A stretch of DNA of 63,997 nucleotides, filler included, from Stramenopiles sp. TOSAG23-2 (lineage: Eukaryota), in the NCBI GenBank assembly GCA_900128395.1. It is 6 parts of 6 records of this genome, joined end to end, with 100 filler letters (N's around TTAATTAATTAA, not from the genome) between each part and the next. Parts side by side here need not be neighbours in the genome. Positions count along the whole stretch, not along the records: positions 32,580 to 43,298 come from LT649995.1; positions 43,399 to 54,097 come from LT649996.1; 4 more parts are not named here. One strand, given 5' to 3'. The notes beneath the pieces were generated by a model, which saw only the letters and a program-made list of their open reading frames with translations, had not been told where the DNA came from and ran no database searches. The first letter of the stretch is position 1. Each line of letters starts with the position of its first letter. Position numbers and translations under genes: made by a program. This document shows, piece after piece, positions 35,935 through 47,247 of this stretch.

Positions 35935-36888
35935 ATGTTTATTAAAAAAGATACACGCAAGGTACCTGAAATTTTGACAGATGAAAATGATGAACGAAAA
36001 CAGCTATTATTAGCAAGACGAGGGAACGAGTTTAAAAATCAATCTGCTTCTTTATTATTTCAAGAGAAATATTTTTCTAGCTTTAAGAATTTACAAGTTT
36101 TAAGTTTGTATGGAAACAAATTGAATGATTTAGCAGGTATAGCAAGTGCGTTGAAAGATTCGCCATTAACAGATTTAAATTTAGGTCGCAATGAATTTAC
36201 AGACTTGCCAGAGGAATTATCACAACTTAAAACAATAAAAAATGTTTGGATTGATGATAATAAATTGACGTTGATTCCAAACTGTATTTATGATATGGAT
36301 AATCTTGAAAATTTGCGCTTATCTGGCAATCAAATCACCGTCATTGATGATAAAGTGCAAAATTTATTGCAACTTGAAACGTTTGTCATCGATGGCAATA
36401 AATTAACTAATTTACCAGATGCTTTGACCAAGTTAGCAAATCTTAAAATATTGAATGTACGCGGGAATTTATTGAAATCAATCCCAAAAAAAATAAATGC
36501 TATGTCAAGTTTAGAAAGCTTGCATATAAGTTCAAATCAAATAAAAAATTTACCAAGTAATTTTGATGGTATGAAGTTTTTCAAAGAGCTTTATGCAGGA
36601 TCGAATGAAATTGAAAATGTACCATCTAGCCTTGCATTGTTGGAATCGATAACATTTATCAGTTTGGTAAACAATAATATATCAGAATTGAATGAAATTG
36701 TATATCAACAATGGTTTGATCAAGAAAACTCAAAACCAAAAGAATTTATACATTTGAAAGGTAATAAAGTTATACGAGGTTCAAGAAGCTTATCACAACA
36801 GACACCATCACCATATTTTTCAGCAAATGGTAAAACCATTACAGAATCAGCAAAGAAAAAGAAACGTAGAGAAAACAATCATCAATAA
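35935..36888 (+). CDS. Leucine-rich repeat protein
   Basis: About 9 LxxLxLxxNxL repeats. Confidence 0.9.
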   Translation: MFIKKDTRKVPEILTDENDERKQLLLARRGNEFKNQSASLLFQEKYFSSFKNLQVLSLYGNKLNDLAGIASALKDSPLTDLNLGRNEFTDLPEELSQLKTIKNVWIDDNKLTLIPNCIYDMDNLENLRLSGNQITVIDDKVQNLLQLETFVIDGNKLTNLPDALTKLANLKILNVRGNLLKSIPKKINAMSSLESLHISSNQIKNLPSNFDGMKFFKELYAGSNEIENVPSSLALLESITFISLVNNNISELNEIVYQQWFDQENSKPKEFIHLKGNKVIRGSRSLSQQTPSPYFSANGKTITESAKKKKRRENNHQ

Positions 36889-37312
36889 TCCCAAGAAGCT
36901 TATCACAACAGACACCATCACCATATTTTTCAGCAAATGGTAAAACCATTACAGAATCAGCAAAGAAAAAGAAACGTAGAGAAAACAATCATCAATAATC
37001 CCGCCAAAAAATTACATGATGTCTGTGTTGGGTGTGTGTGTCTAGTATCATATGATATGAAAGATGCTTAAAATCTCTATGTATAAAAAAGTTGTAAACA
37101 TATACATATAATATGACTAAAAATTAAAGGCGCTCTTTTTATATTTTTTAAATTTTTATAAAAAATGTATATATAATTACTCGTAAATTTTTTTTTTATT
37201 TTCCTATTTTATCAACACACGAAATGCATATATGCGCCCTGATAAATAAAAATACATCCATTTTTGTCATATAGTTCGTATACTTCGTATCATATATGTC
37301 ATAATCATCAAA

Positions 37313-38743
37313 TTACGGCCCTGATTTTCCAATATTTTTAAAGCTTCTGGAAATCTCTTGAGGATTTTGTTGGTATAAAACTAGAATTCTTCCAACAAAA
37401 AAAGACAGGACTGCAACTGCTAATATTGTAAATACTGAAAAACCTGATCCACTAGTCGCTTCACTCTCTCTTTTTTTAAATTTCTCTGCCAATGCATCAT
37501 CATTTAATTTCGTAGCATCACTTTCATTATCTTTTGCAACTGCTAATATTGTAAATACTGAAAAACCTGATCCACTAGTCGCTTCACTCTCTCTTTTTTT
37601 AAATTTCTCTGCCAATGCATCATCATTTAATTTCGTAGCATCACTTTCATTATCTTTTTTGATAAAATCTTTCGTAATATTCATTGCTTCATCACGCTTC
37701 ATATCAGCTACTAATCGTAATTTCGTATTTTCTTGAGTTAATTTATTTGATAATTTCTGTAATTGATCACGTTCACCTGTCAATTGCAATGTCCATTTTA
37801 ATAATTCATCGTATTTTTTGCGTAATGTTGACATGTCTTTTTCAATTTTCTCGAAATCATAATTAACAGTTACATCTCTGTTTCTACTACTACTACTGCT
37901 GCTGCTAAAGTTATTGCTAATTGGATTATTACTAGTAGTTGATATATTGTTGTTTTTTCCAACATCCTCCTCCTTTTCTACCATTTTATCCGATTCATCA
38001 TTATTATCCGTTGTTTCTTGTTGCTCACTATCATTATCTTTATTATTACCACTGGTATCACGTTGATCATCCCCGCCATCGCCGTTTCCATCTTCCTCCG
38101 TTGCTTCCATGACATTAGCATCGTTTTGCTCATCGGCAACAGCACTTGTATTCGTACCATTTGGCTCTACAGACTCATCTTGAGTAGCTGACGATGTGAC
38201 AGGTTGCATCCAGTGAAGGGATTCAAAATTAACTGAATATTTTAAATTCTGTATTTTCGCCTTGTTCTCGGGCGTTTTAGCAAACAACCGACTTAATTGT
38301 TCTGAGACTTCACTCATACCTTCTGGAGAACCACCTTTCTCCATTAAAACTTTCATCACATTTGCCTCCACTGTACGTGTTTGTACTAGAAATTTATCAG
38401 GTGCTTCATATTTTTTCAACTGTTGGAATGATTGTGTCAACATATCATTGACATTCCTTGTCAAACAAAATACTTGGATTTTTGCATCCCCACCATGAAC
38501 AATTACGCCTTGATTTGGTTGTACCAAATATCTGTCAGTATTATTCGTCTTAACTTTAAATGCAATAGCTTTATTGCAACGGTTTGTAAGCGCTAGTGTT
38601 GAAACAGAGTCTATATGTGGAACTAACGTAAATGTTAAACCTTCATTTGTTGTTGGGTTTGTACTCACAATTTTACCTTTCCTTTTGGTACGTGCTTTTG
38701 GTGCCCCTCCGTTTCTTACGTCGCAAGCTGGACTTTCGTTCAC
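37313..38743 (-). CDS. VAP-like segment: MSP domain, coiled coil, C-terminal TM anchor (no ATG ahead of the MSP domain)
   Basis: LALTNRCNKAIAFKVKTNNTDRYLVQPNQG, DKFLVQ; tail anchor FTILAVAVLSFFVGRIL; 41-aa in-frame duplication before the anchor. Confidence 0.85.
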   Translation of the reverse strand: MNESPACDVRNGGAPKARTKRKGKIVSTNPTTNEGLTFTLVPHIDSVSTLALTNRCNKAIAFKVKTNNTDRYLVQPNQGVIVHGGDAKIQVFCLTRNVNDMLTQSFQQLKKYEAPDKFLVQTRTVEANVMKVLMEKGGSPEGMSEVSEQLSRLFAKTPENKAKIQNLKYSVNFESLHWMQPVTSSATQDESVEPNGTNTSAVADEQNDANVMEATEEDGNGDGGDDQRDTSGNNKDNDSEQQETTDNNDESDKMVEKEEDVGKNNNISTTSNNPISNNFSSSSSSSRNRDVTVNYDFEKIEKDMSTLRKKYDELLKWTLQLTGERDQLQKLSNKLTQENTKLRLVADMKRDEAMNITKDFIKKDNESDATKLNDDALAEKFKKRESEATSGSGFSVFTILAVAKDNESDATKLNDDALAEKFKKRESEATSGSGFSVFTILAVAVLSFFVGRILVLYQQNPQEISRSFKNIGKSGP

Positions 38744-40430
38744 CTAAAAGCGTATTCCCATCGTCAAATGCCAATGATATATTCATTCCCATTCCACCGG
38801 AATTAAAATTGCCTGTTCCATGATTATTTTCATATTCATCTTTATCCCCAGACGAATTAAAACCAACGCTCAAACGTCTCCTAGAATTTAAACCACCATT
38901 TCTACGTAATGCTGCACGTTGCATCATATTACTACTACTACTACCATTTGCCTGCCTATTATTATCTGCCATGTTGTTGTTACCCATTGGTAGTTTTGAT
39001 TCTATACTCAAGCGGCTATTGCTTTTTTTGCTACTGCTCCACCTTTTTGGATCCATTGGTGACATTGCCAACGCATCTAAAGATCGGTTTCTTGGTGTCA
39101 ATCGATCCCGCAAATTTGTTAATTCATCTTTACTTTCGTCTTGCATCTTCAAACTTAGCTCATTCGAAGAGTCTATATTACTGCCATTAAAACTGGTAGT
39201 GTCTGATGCCATTGACAATTGTCGTTCCTGCTGCTGGATGCTTCTTAGATTTAACATTGGTTGCTGTAATAAAATAGGCGTATTAACTACATTTGGACTT
39301 CCATTTGCAGAGTTGGCATATATCGCAGATAATTCTAAATTCTTTAAATTCGGTCGGTTGGAAGGAGTTCCATTTTCATCAGTGAAAATACCATCTTTTT
39401 GAATTTTTTCTTGTAAAAAATTTAAGTCATTAAACACTAAATGAAGCGTTTCATTTGCACGTATAGATGAATTATTATTATTATTATTATTATTACTAAC
39501 ATTATTCGGTGATGATTCATTGTCATTCATACTACCAGTAAGGGTTTTATTACTTGGGTCTTTCTCCTCCACCATTTCCATATCCGTATTTTCATTCTGA
39601 TTGTCATTGCCTTCCATGGAAGTACGCATTTGTTCATCTAATTGTTTTTGCGAAGTCATCATTGACGTTGTCATTAAATGTTGACGCGCTCGTTCAATAT
39701 CTTCCCCAGTCCACGCATTTCCATGTACAACTTCACTTAAAATCAACTCTGTCATAAGTTTCAAGCTGTCTGTTGTAGTTAAATGGGAAGCAACGATCAA
39801 TAATGCATTCCCTAATGAAAGTGTATTGCTATTTGCTGCCTCATTGTTATCAGGGTATTTATTGTTAATACCCAAATCTTCATCCAATATATCATTATTC
39901 ACGATATGGACTTGATCCGTACTACCAATACTGTCACTAACTTCATTTCTGGTTGTTAAATTTAATGCAGACGTAGATTTCGTTGCTTCTTGTTTTAAAT
40001 TACCCATGCTCATCGATGAAGCTTTGCGATGATACGATACAGGATGTAATTTATTCAATGCTTTTTCTTTTTGTTTTTTCAATTTTAATTGCCGTTTCTC
40101 TTCCGATTTTTTCTTTAACCAATACATTATACCCATGTAAAATAATGTCATAGTTAAAATCAAACCGGCAAATGCAATAAATATAAATAAAATGGTTCTT
40201 CTTTGAAATATTAATGCAACATGGTTAACAACATATAATATACTTTCGGTGACTCCAAGTTGCACTTTTGCATATGTTAAAGACGAAATTGACAGGTAAA
40301 TACTATCGTACGTTTCTTGTACAAACGTATATGCTTGTGTTTTATTTGTTATTACACCATAAAACGTATTTGTAGCACTAGAAAATGTGTTTGTAGATTT
40401 CGTATTTGCACTTTTTGTATTTTCTTTCAT
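38673..40430 (-). CDS. Membrane protein segment (TM + low complexity), probably the middle part of one long gene
   Basis: TM ILFIFIAFAGLILTMTLFYMGIMYWL; start duplicated in the upstream ORF; overlaps the VAP ORF in the +1 frame. Confidence 0.6.
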   Translation of the reverse strand: MKENTKSANTKSTNTFSSATNTFYGVITNKTQAYTFVQETYDSIYLSISSLTYAKVQLGVTESILYVVNHVALIFQRRTILFIFIAFAGLILTMTLFYMGIMYWLKKKSEEKRQLKLKKQKEKALNKLHPVSYHRKASSMSMGNLKQEATKSTSALNLTTRNEVSDSIGSTDQVHIVNNDILDEDLGINNKYPDNNEAANSNTLSLGNALLIVASHLTTTDSLKLMTELILSEVVHGNAWTGEDIERARQHLMTTSMMTSQKQLDEQMRTSMEGNDNQNENTDMEMVEEKDPSNKTLTGSMNDNESSPNNVSNNNNNNNNSSIRANETLHLVFNDLNFLQEKIQKDGIFTDENGTPSNRPNLKNLELSAIYANSANGSPNVVNTPILLQQPMLNLRSIQQQERQLSMASDTTSFNGSNIDSSNELSLKMQDESKDELTNLRDRLTPRNRSLDALAMSPMDPKRWSSSKKSNSRLSIESKLPMGNNNMADNNRQANGSSSSNMMQRAALRRNGGLNSRRRLSVGFNSSGDKDEYENNHGTGNFNSGGMGMNISLAFDDGNTLLGERKSSLRRKKRRGTKSTYQKER

Positions 40431-40765
40431 TTTATTTTCCTTTTGCTTGTGTTTTATTTGTTATTACACCATAAAACGTATTTGTAGCACTAGAAAATGT
40501 GTTTGTAGATTTCGTATTTGCACTTTTTGTATTTTCTTTCATTTTATTTTCCTTTTTTACAGGCAATTTTTTCTTCTTTGGTATGATTTGTATATTATCG
40601 GATTCTTCTTCTGCATCTACGCGGTTGTTACCCTTCTTCATTTGTTTCCTTTTCTTCTGTTTCTCTTCCTTTAATTTTCGTTTCATTAATTTCCTTTTCT
40701 TTTTCTCCTCTTTACTATGCACTGTCTTGCTTGTAGTAGCAGGATCTTGCTTCAAATTGACTTTT

Positions 40766-41625
40766 TTAGCTGCCTCGGGCAATGTTTCTTTCTCTCTTCT
40801 TCATTTGTTTCCTTTTCTTCTGTTTCTCTTCCTTTAATTTTCGTTTCATTAATTTCCTTTTCTTTTTCTCCTCTTTACTATGCACTGTCTTGCTTGTAGT
40901 AGCAGGATCTTGCTTCAAATTGACTTTTTTAGCTGCCTCGGGCAATGTTTCTTTCTCTTTCAATATGCCATCATTATCTGTGTTGCTGCTAGAGGATGAT
41001 GACGTAAAAAAGTAACTGCCAAAATCTGTCTCGGCAAATTTTATATTTTTTATATTATTTATACTAGGCATAATTTGATCATTCCATTTATCTTTAAATG
41101 GCATTGATATACTGGATAAATCAAAAATATTACTATATAAAAATGAAATTGCATATTGGAAAAAAAAGACAACAAAAATAATCAAACAACAACATCCACC
41201 AATACCATAAAATACCAATCGCTTACGTTGATTTATACTTTCACTAGTAGTACTAGTTGAATTATTAATTTTCCATTTAGTTTTTCTAAAAAAGGACGAT
41301 TTTTTCTTTTCTTTTTTTGTTTTTTTAAACGTAGTTTCTTTAATACGATCATTCTTGCCACTATTATTAGCATTTGATGATAAGTTGGACTTATTTATTG
41401 CTTCATTACTACTGTTTGACATAAAGTCTTTTCTACTTGTAGTAAAACTTGCATCATTCTTATTCTTTTTTCCCATTTCATTTTTTTCTATGTTGTCTAA
41501 CTTGAAATCATCCATATCCCCATCAATATTATTATTATTATTAAAACTTGCATCATTCTTATTCTTTTTTCCCATTTCATTTTTTTCTATGTTGTCTAAC
41601 TTGAAATCATCCATATCCCCATCAA

Positions 41626-41657
<32 letters not shown>

Positions 41658-42517
41658 GTTCCATCTAAATCTTTTGTATTGATACTATAATCATCATCTA
41701 ATGCATCTTGTATATTTTGCAATGAAGGATGTTCATTTCGAAAGCGTGATAAATCACCAAGTATACTATTGCTAAGGCCAGAACTAGCAAATGTATTTTG
41801 ATTTGTATTCTTTGCAACATCGCTTTTTTTATTTTTATCATCAACATTTTTCTTCCTTTTTCTTTCTTCTTCATCTATTTTACTCTTTCTACCATATCTT
41901 AAGCCAACAAGAGCTGATTGGACAGGACTAAGTGTTTTCGAATTATATTTTTTATTTCCGTTATTTTGTTTTTGTGTTCTAGATCTACCATATAGTTTTC
42001 GCCTATTATTAACACTTTTATTTGTATCTTTTTCCATAGTAGTAAAGTTATCTTTATCTTCAAAATTATCCTCATTTTCATCACTTTCACTGTCATCGTC
42101 ATCATCATCATTGCCCTTTCTCCCGTTCCTATAGCTTCTCCTCTTATTGTTAAATCTACTTTTGTATCTATTTGATCTAACATCAGATTTTATATTGTTG
42201 CTACTACTATCCTCATCTTCCTCCTCGCTGTCATAATCATCTTCCTCACTATCATCTTGTGTTATCGACTTGTTGAACTTTTTAAAATTAAATTTAAAAC
42301 TTTCTTCGTCATTTACATTTTTTGAACTCCCTTCTTTATTATTATTATTCTCTATACTTGAATTTCTTTCTTTTTTCTCCTCTTGAAAATGCGATTCTTT
42401 GTTTTCTATTATTGATCTAACTGCACCGATAATAACGAGACTTATCAAAATGATTAATATCCATTTGATGACAATAAATACAATGGAAAAGCTGGATGCT
42501 AATATCGCATCAATCAT
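40766..42517 (-). CDS. Membrane protein segment (N-terminal signal anchor, second TM), broken by tandem duplications
   Basis: Hydrophobic N-terminus; LVFYGIGGCCCLIIFVVFFFQYAISFLY; C-terminal sequence repeated in 40432..40782. Confidence 0.6.
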
Positions 42518-43298
42518 TATTACTTCAATATAGATATATTCTTCTTATTATTATAATGTAATAGAATGGAAAAAATAAAATAAAAAAAAAATATATATAT
42601 ATATATATGTATTATTTTTTGATACAATATTATTATATATTTATTATTTATACATATACTAATCGTATTATAATATTGACAAATGTTTACTGATTGTTTC
42701 TTTCTAGTTGTGCATATAAAATAATATTATACAAACATGTGTGTGTATATCTTCTTTTGTATTTGAATTGCAGCACTTTAGTTTAATGTGCCTAGTCCCA
42801 CTTATTATTATATATATGGTTGGTACTTAGTACTGTAGAAGGTGGTGTTCCTAGTTAACTATTATTATATGTATTATTATGTATATTATAAGATATCTGT
42901 ACCTTAATATTTATATTATATTGCATTATTATTATTTGTAAATGTTTCCTATTTTTAAGTTATTTGTCTGTTTTTTAGTAATAACCTATTAGTAAGAATG
43001 TTTAGGGATTTACGTTCTTTCTCGCCCACACAATAAATGAAATAAACACAAAGTGCCAAAGCTCTGTGATGTGAGAGCTGAAGAGAGGAAAACTCCATGA
43101 CTCGAAATAAAACAGTATACTATGGGGAAAAAAGAAGGTGCAAACAAAAAAATGGGAGTTGGTAATAATATGAAAGAAAAAGATAAAATATAAATAAGAG
43201 ATGGAGGAGAGAATTTGGATGGAAGTGTAAATAAAACAGGAAAACGGACAATTTTGAACATACCATATAGTCTGTTATAAGTAGCATATATACATACA

Positions 43299-43398
43299 NN
43301 NNNNNNNNNNNNNNNNNNNNNNNNNNNNNNNNNNNNNNNNNNTTAATTAATTAANNNNNNNNNNNNNNNNNNNNNNNNNNNNNNNNNNNNNNNNNNNN
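43299..43398. other. Artificial contig spacer
   Basis: N44-TTAATTAATTAA-N44. Confidence 0.99.
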
Positions 43399-43400
<2 letters not shown>

Positions 43401-43456
<56 letters not shown>

Positions 43457-44195
43457 GAACAATAACAATACTGCTGTTGGTGGATCAGCATTTAAATTGT
43501 TACGTTCGAAACAGAATCATGTAGCAGCAGCAAAGACAAATAACATCGAAAGAGATAGTACAGATTCACCGTCATTGTATCTATCTTTAAATTATGTAAA
43601 TAAACAACATTTCATAAATTCCACTATATTTTTATTAAATCGTTTAATAACATATGTGGATATATTTAAAGGATTAAAACATATTACGAACAAACAAACA
43701 TATGCATTAAAATTGTGTTTAAAAACGATCAATCTGTTATCAAATACATCATTATTGTATGATTGCTATGAAACTTTATTTGATACAAAAACAGCTGATG
43801 TTGTAGAGGGAACGAAGAACGATAATAAGCTTCAAGTACATATTGAAGAAATGTATAATAATATCAAAACAATAAAAGTAATAGAAGAAGATGAGGGAGT
43901 TCAAAACGATAATAATGATGGGAAACCGGAATCAAACAAGAATATTATCAACAAATCACCACGTAGAAAATTACAACATCAACATCGTAAATTACATTTT
44001 AATATTGATCAACAAGATAAAAATAACTTAATTATTGCACCAATGCCACCTATGTTAAGGAGTGATAAAGATTTGCAATTTAGAATTCCAACAAGGCCCC
44101 AAACATCCGCAGGTACACTGAAACATCTTGGAAATGAACGTCGTCATAGAATTGAAAATAATAAAAGAAGTCGACGGAGTAAAATTTATTTTTGA
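43401..44195 (+). CDS. 5'-truncated hypothetical protein beginning in an (AAT)n poly-Asn tract
   Basis: Open frame from the contig edge; RPQTSAG motif; no family recognised. Confidence 0.55.
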
Positions 44196-44524
44196 AAAAA
44201 GGGGTTCAAATATTATTAATCTATAAAATAATAGAGAGCGAGAGGTTGAGAGAATAAAAATAATACTTCGTAAAAAATTTATTATAAAAAAAAATGCATA
44301 CGAAGTACGGCTTCGTATTTTATATTTTATATACAGTTGCGCCAGAGGATTTTTTATTACGAGAGTATGATAGTTCATTATTTTAACACCAGCAGAATTT
44401 TATTTTTTTTATTTTTATGATAAATAAAAAATATATTCGTGTATATTTTTATTATTTTAATATTAACGTTTTATAGTATGAATGATACACACCGAAATCA
44501 AGTTTTTTCTCTTTTTGTTATTTT

Positions 44525-44605
44525 ATCATACCGTTTCACAAAGTTGTGTAATTTTCTTTTTATGTACACAATTTTTTATTTTTTTTTATGCGAAACAATA
44601 GTCAT
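44525..44605 (-). promoter_or_regulatory. SECIS element candidate (type II-like) in the MsrB 3' UTR
   Basis: Minus strand: AUGAC core, 12-bp helix UAUUGUUUCGCA/UGUGAAACGGUA, unpaired A-run, ministem UUGUGUA/UACACAA, then UGAU 3' core. Confidence 0.8.
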
Positions 44606-44745
44606 TCATATATATATCTTGTCTGTAAATTATTTTTTTCTACTATAACAAAGATGTATATATATAAGCAATCGGAAACTATATATAAAATATACAAATA
44701 TATAATTGTCTGTTTTTCTTTAACCATTTATATCGAAATATTTCT

Positions 44746-45195
44746 TTAAAATGCATGTAATGAATCTTCTTTCAAATCACATGCCGTTTTAACAAATTTG
44801 ACACAAATGGAGTTTATTCACTGTCTTTCGCCAGTTTCACTATGACCTTCTCTGAATACGTGCCCAAGGTGACTTCCACAATTATTACAACCAACTTCAC
44901 CACCTGAACGAACTATAACGTGTGGTCTATCATTTGTATAAAAACATTTTGAATAGGCATCCCAACCTTGGTCTTTAAATTTACTTTTGGCACTGTACAA
45001 TGGGCTATCACATGCTTTGCATACGAAATGCCCTGACTTTGGAAACAAACGGCAAAACTCACCTTGTCCATAAGCTTCAGTTCCATGTTGCCTTAAAATT
45101 CTGTATTCTTGTGGTGTTAATTTTTTTCTCCATTCCTCATCTGATAATTGATACGGATACGACGACATGTCAATACTTGAATGCGACTTTCCCAT
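44746..45195 (-). CDS. MSRB: Selenoprotein methionine-R-sulfoxide reductase (MsrB/SelR), 149 aa with Sec at UGA 44818-44820
   Basis: [15 protein letters not shown], two CxxC Zn motifs, HLGHVF, then [17 protein letters not shown] matching the conserved RxCxNS catalytic motif. Confidence 0.93.
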
Positions 45196-45847
45196 AAATA
45201 ATTTAATAAATAATTAATGAATCAAACTTTGTTCAGATAATTGATATATATATATATATTTATCTACTATATGGTATTTCACACTTGTTCCCGACTTACA
45301 CATACATCTCTAATTTATTCGCACATTTGGTTGCATGTGTGCCAATTGCAATTCGAATTCCACAGGAATTCTATTAATAATAATGGCAAAATGAAAAACT
45401 ATTTGTACTTATTAGTCTATAAATATTATACATCAGATTGATTTCCTGCTAATATTTCCTATATTAACAGTATGTGCGTATTGATCATAGGTCCGGGCCC
45501 ACAAAATGCCCAAATGAAAAATGAAAGAGAGTGCTGCCACAGTGATAGCTAATATGTCAAAGACGTATATCGATAGTAAATAATGTAAAAACAGTGCTAT
45601 TCAAAGCTATTTTAGTATATTATACTTGATAGACTATACATATAATAGTAAAGTAAATGAGGAAGGATCAAATCCTGAAGGAAGTATTTTAGGCGTAGAG
45701 TACACGCGAAGTTTCGTTTGCAAAGACCCTTAAAGTTTGCGAAGTCTGTATGGTAATGCCATTATAATAAAACCTTATTTTCTCCAGTTTTTTAATCAAT
45801 TTTTGCACATTATTTTAGTCTATAGTAAACAGTGTTATTTTATTTTT

Positions 45848-45871
45848 CAAACCGGTTTTAAAACCGGTTTG
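45848..45871. repeat. Perfect 24-bp palindrome
   Basis: CAAACCGGTTTTAAAACCGGTTTG in the divergent MsrB/TMA7 intergenic region. Confidence 0.9.
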
Positions 45872-46335
45872 TAATTTTAGTCCTTTTTTCAGTGCTATTT
45901 ACATAGTAGCCAATTTGAGACCGTGTCTGTGTACGGAAGGCCTTAGCATGGAAATATTATACCATCGATGACTAATAATTTTCCACCATATTAATAACAA
46001 CTCCCAGAGTGCTGGAGTGGACACTCCCACAGGAACTCTGGAACTCTGGAACTCACCAAAAGGCAAAAGTCTATATATTATAGGACCTAGATTAGATTAA
46101 TGCTGTGGTGTGCACCTTCATCATCATTCCAGCAGCATTAAAATAATCTTAGTAGTTTGAATCATCATTATAAAATTAAAATATAAATGTTTTTAGTTAG
46201 AAAGTAATATACATTTTTGTTGAAACAAACAGAAACAACAAAACATATATATATATATATAGAAGATATAATAGCATTAAGAATACTGTTTCAAGAAACA
46301 ATTTAATATACAGTAATAACCACTATTTTACAAAC

Positions 46336-46491
46336 ATGCCAAGAAAAGGAGCAGCTGCTGGTAAAAAAAAACCATTAAAAAATAAATCAAAAGGACGTAA
46401 AGAAATGACACCAGAAGAAAAAGCGTTCAAAGCAAAACAAGCAGCTGATAAAAAAGCAGCAGCAGCATACTTAAAAGGTAAAAAGAAATAA
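46336..46491 (+). CDS. TMA7: Translation machinery-associated protein 7 homolog (51 aa; below the ORF-track cutoff)
   Basis: MPRKGAAAGKKKPLKNKSKGRKEMTPEEKAFKAKQAADKKAAAAYLKGKKK; GKKKPLK and EM..E.KAFK.KQ match TMA7. Confidence 0.88.
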   Translation: MPRKGAAAGKKKPLKNKSKGRKEMTPEEKAFKAKQAADKKAAAAYLKGKKK

Positions 46492-47247
46492 GTACATTGT
46501 TAAAAGCATACTGTATTGAAGTAGTTAATCAATACTAATCTTTTAATATGATGGCATAGTATACATATTTCCGCCTGTATATTAAATAGTCGTTACCTTG
46601 TACATAAGAAGATTTATAATATTTTAATACATATATCATAAATCAAACTTGATAAAATACTATGCATAGGAAGAAGTGTTTGCTTTAGCTTCTATATGAC
46701 GAAATATTATAAAAATGAAAAAAAAAAAAAGAACACAATATTTTTTGTACAGCAGACAAAATTGAAAAAAACTTCAACCTTACATATATAGATCAATACA
46801 TGTTGAACTATACAAAATTTATCAAAAAAGTTAAAAGTTACGTTTTTATTTTTTTTAGTAAAAATATTGATGGTTAAAATCTAAGTTATAATAATTTTAC
46901 ACTTCTCGTGTTAAGTAAATATTTACGACGAGTGTAAAAAAACATAAAAAAAAAAAAATTAATAAAAATACACTTCTAATTATCATATCAGAATTTTATA
47001 TCATATCTAAAAGATACATTACTACCTCTAAATGCATATCATATCTTGATACTCGTATGAGATTAGAGAGATATTTTTATATTTTAAATTATTTTTTCAT
47101 ATAGTGTCTCTGAAATACTCTGGGATAATTCATGCTTTTTGACCAATCGCTAAAATTCCAGGAATTCACTCAAAATCACCGGATGCACCACCACACACAC
47201 AAACACACACACAAACTAAGAAACTTTGATTGCCCCTCATCAAATTT

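Noticed and set aside
44818-44820. Genome-wide UGA reassignment
   Set aside because: Other genes end normally at TGA and no other long ORF needs readthrough; site-specific Sec explains it
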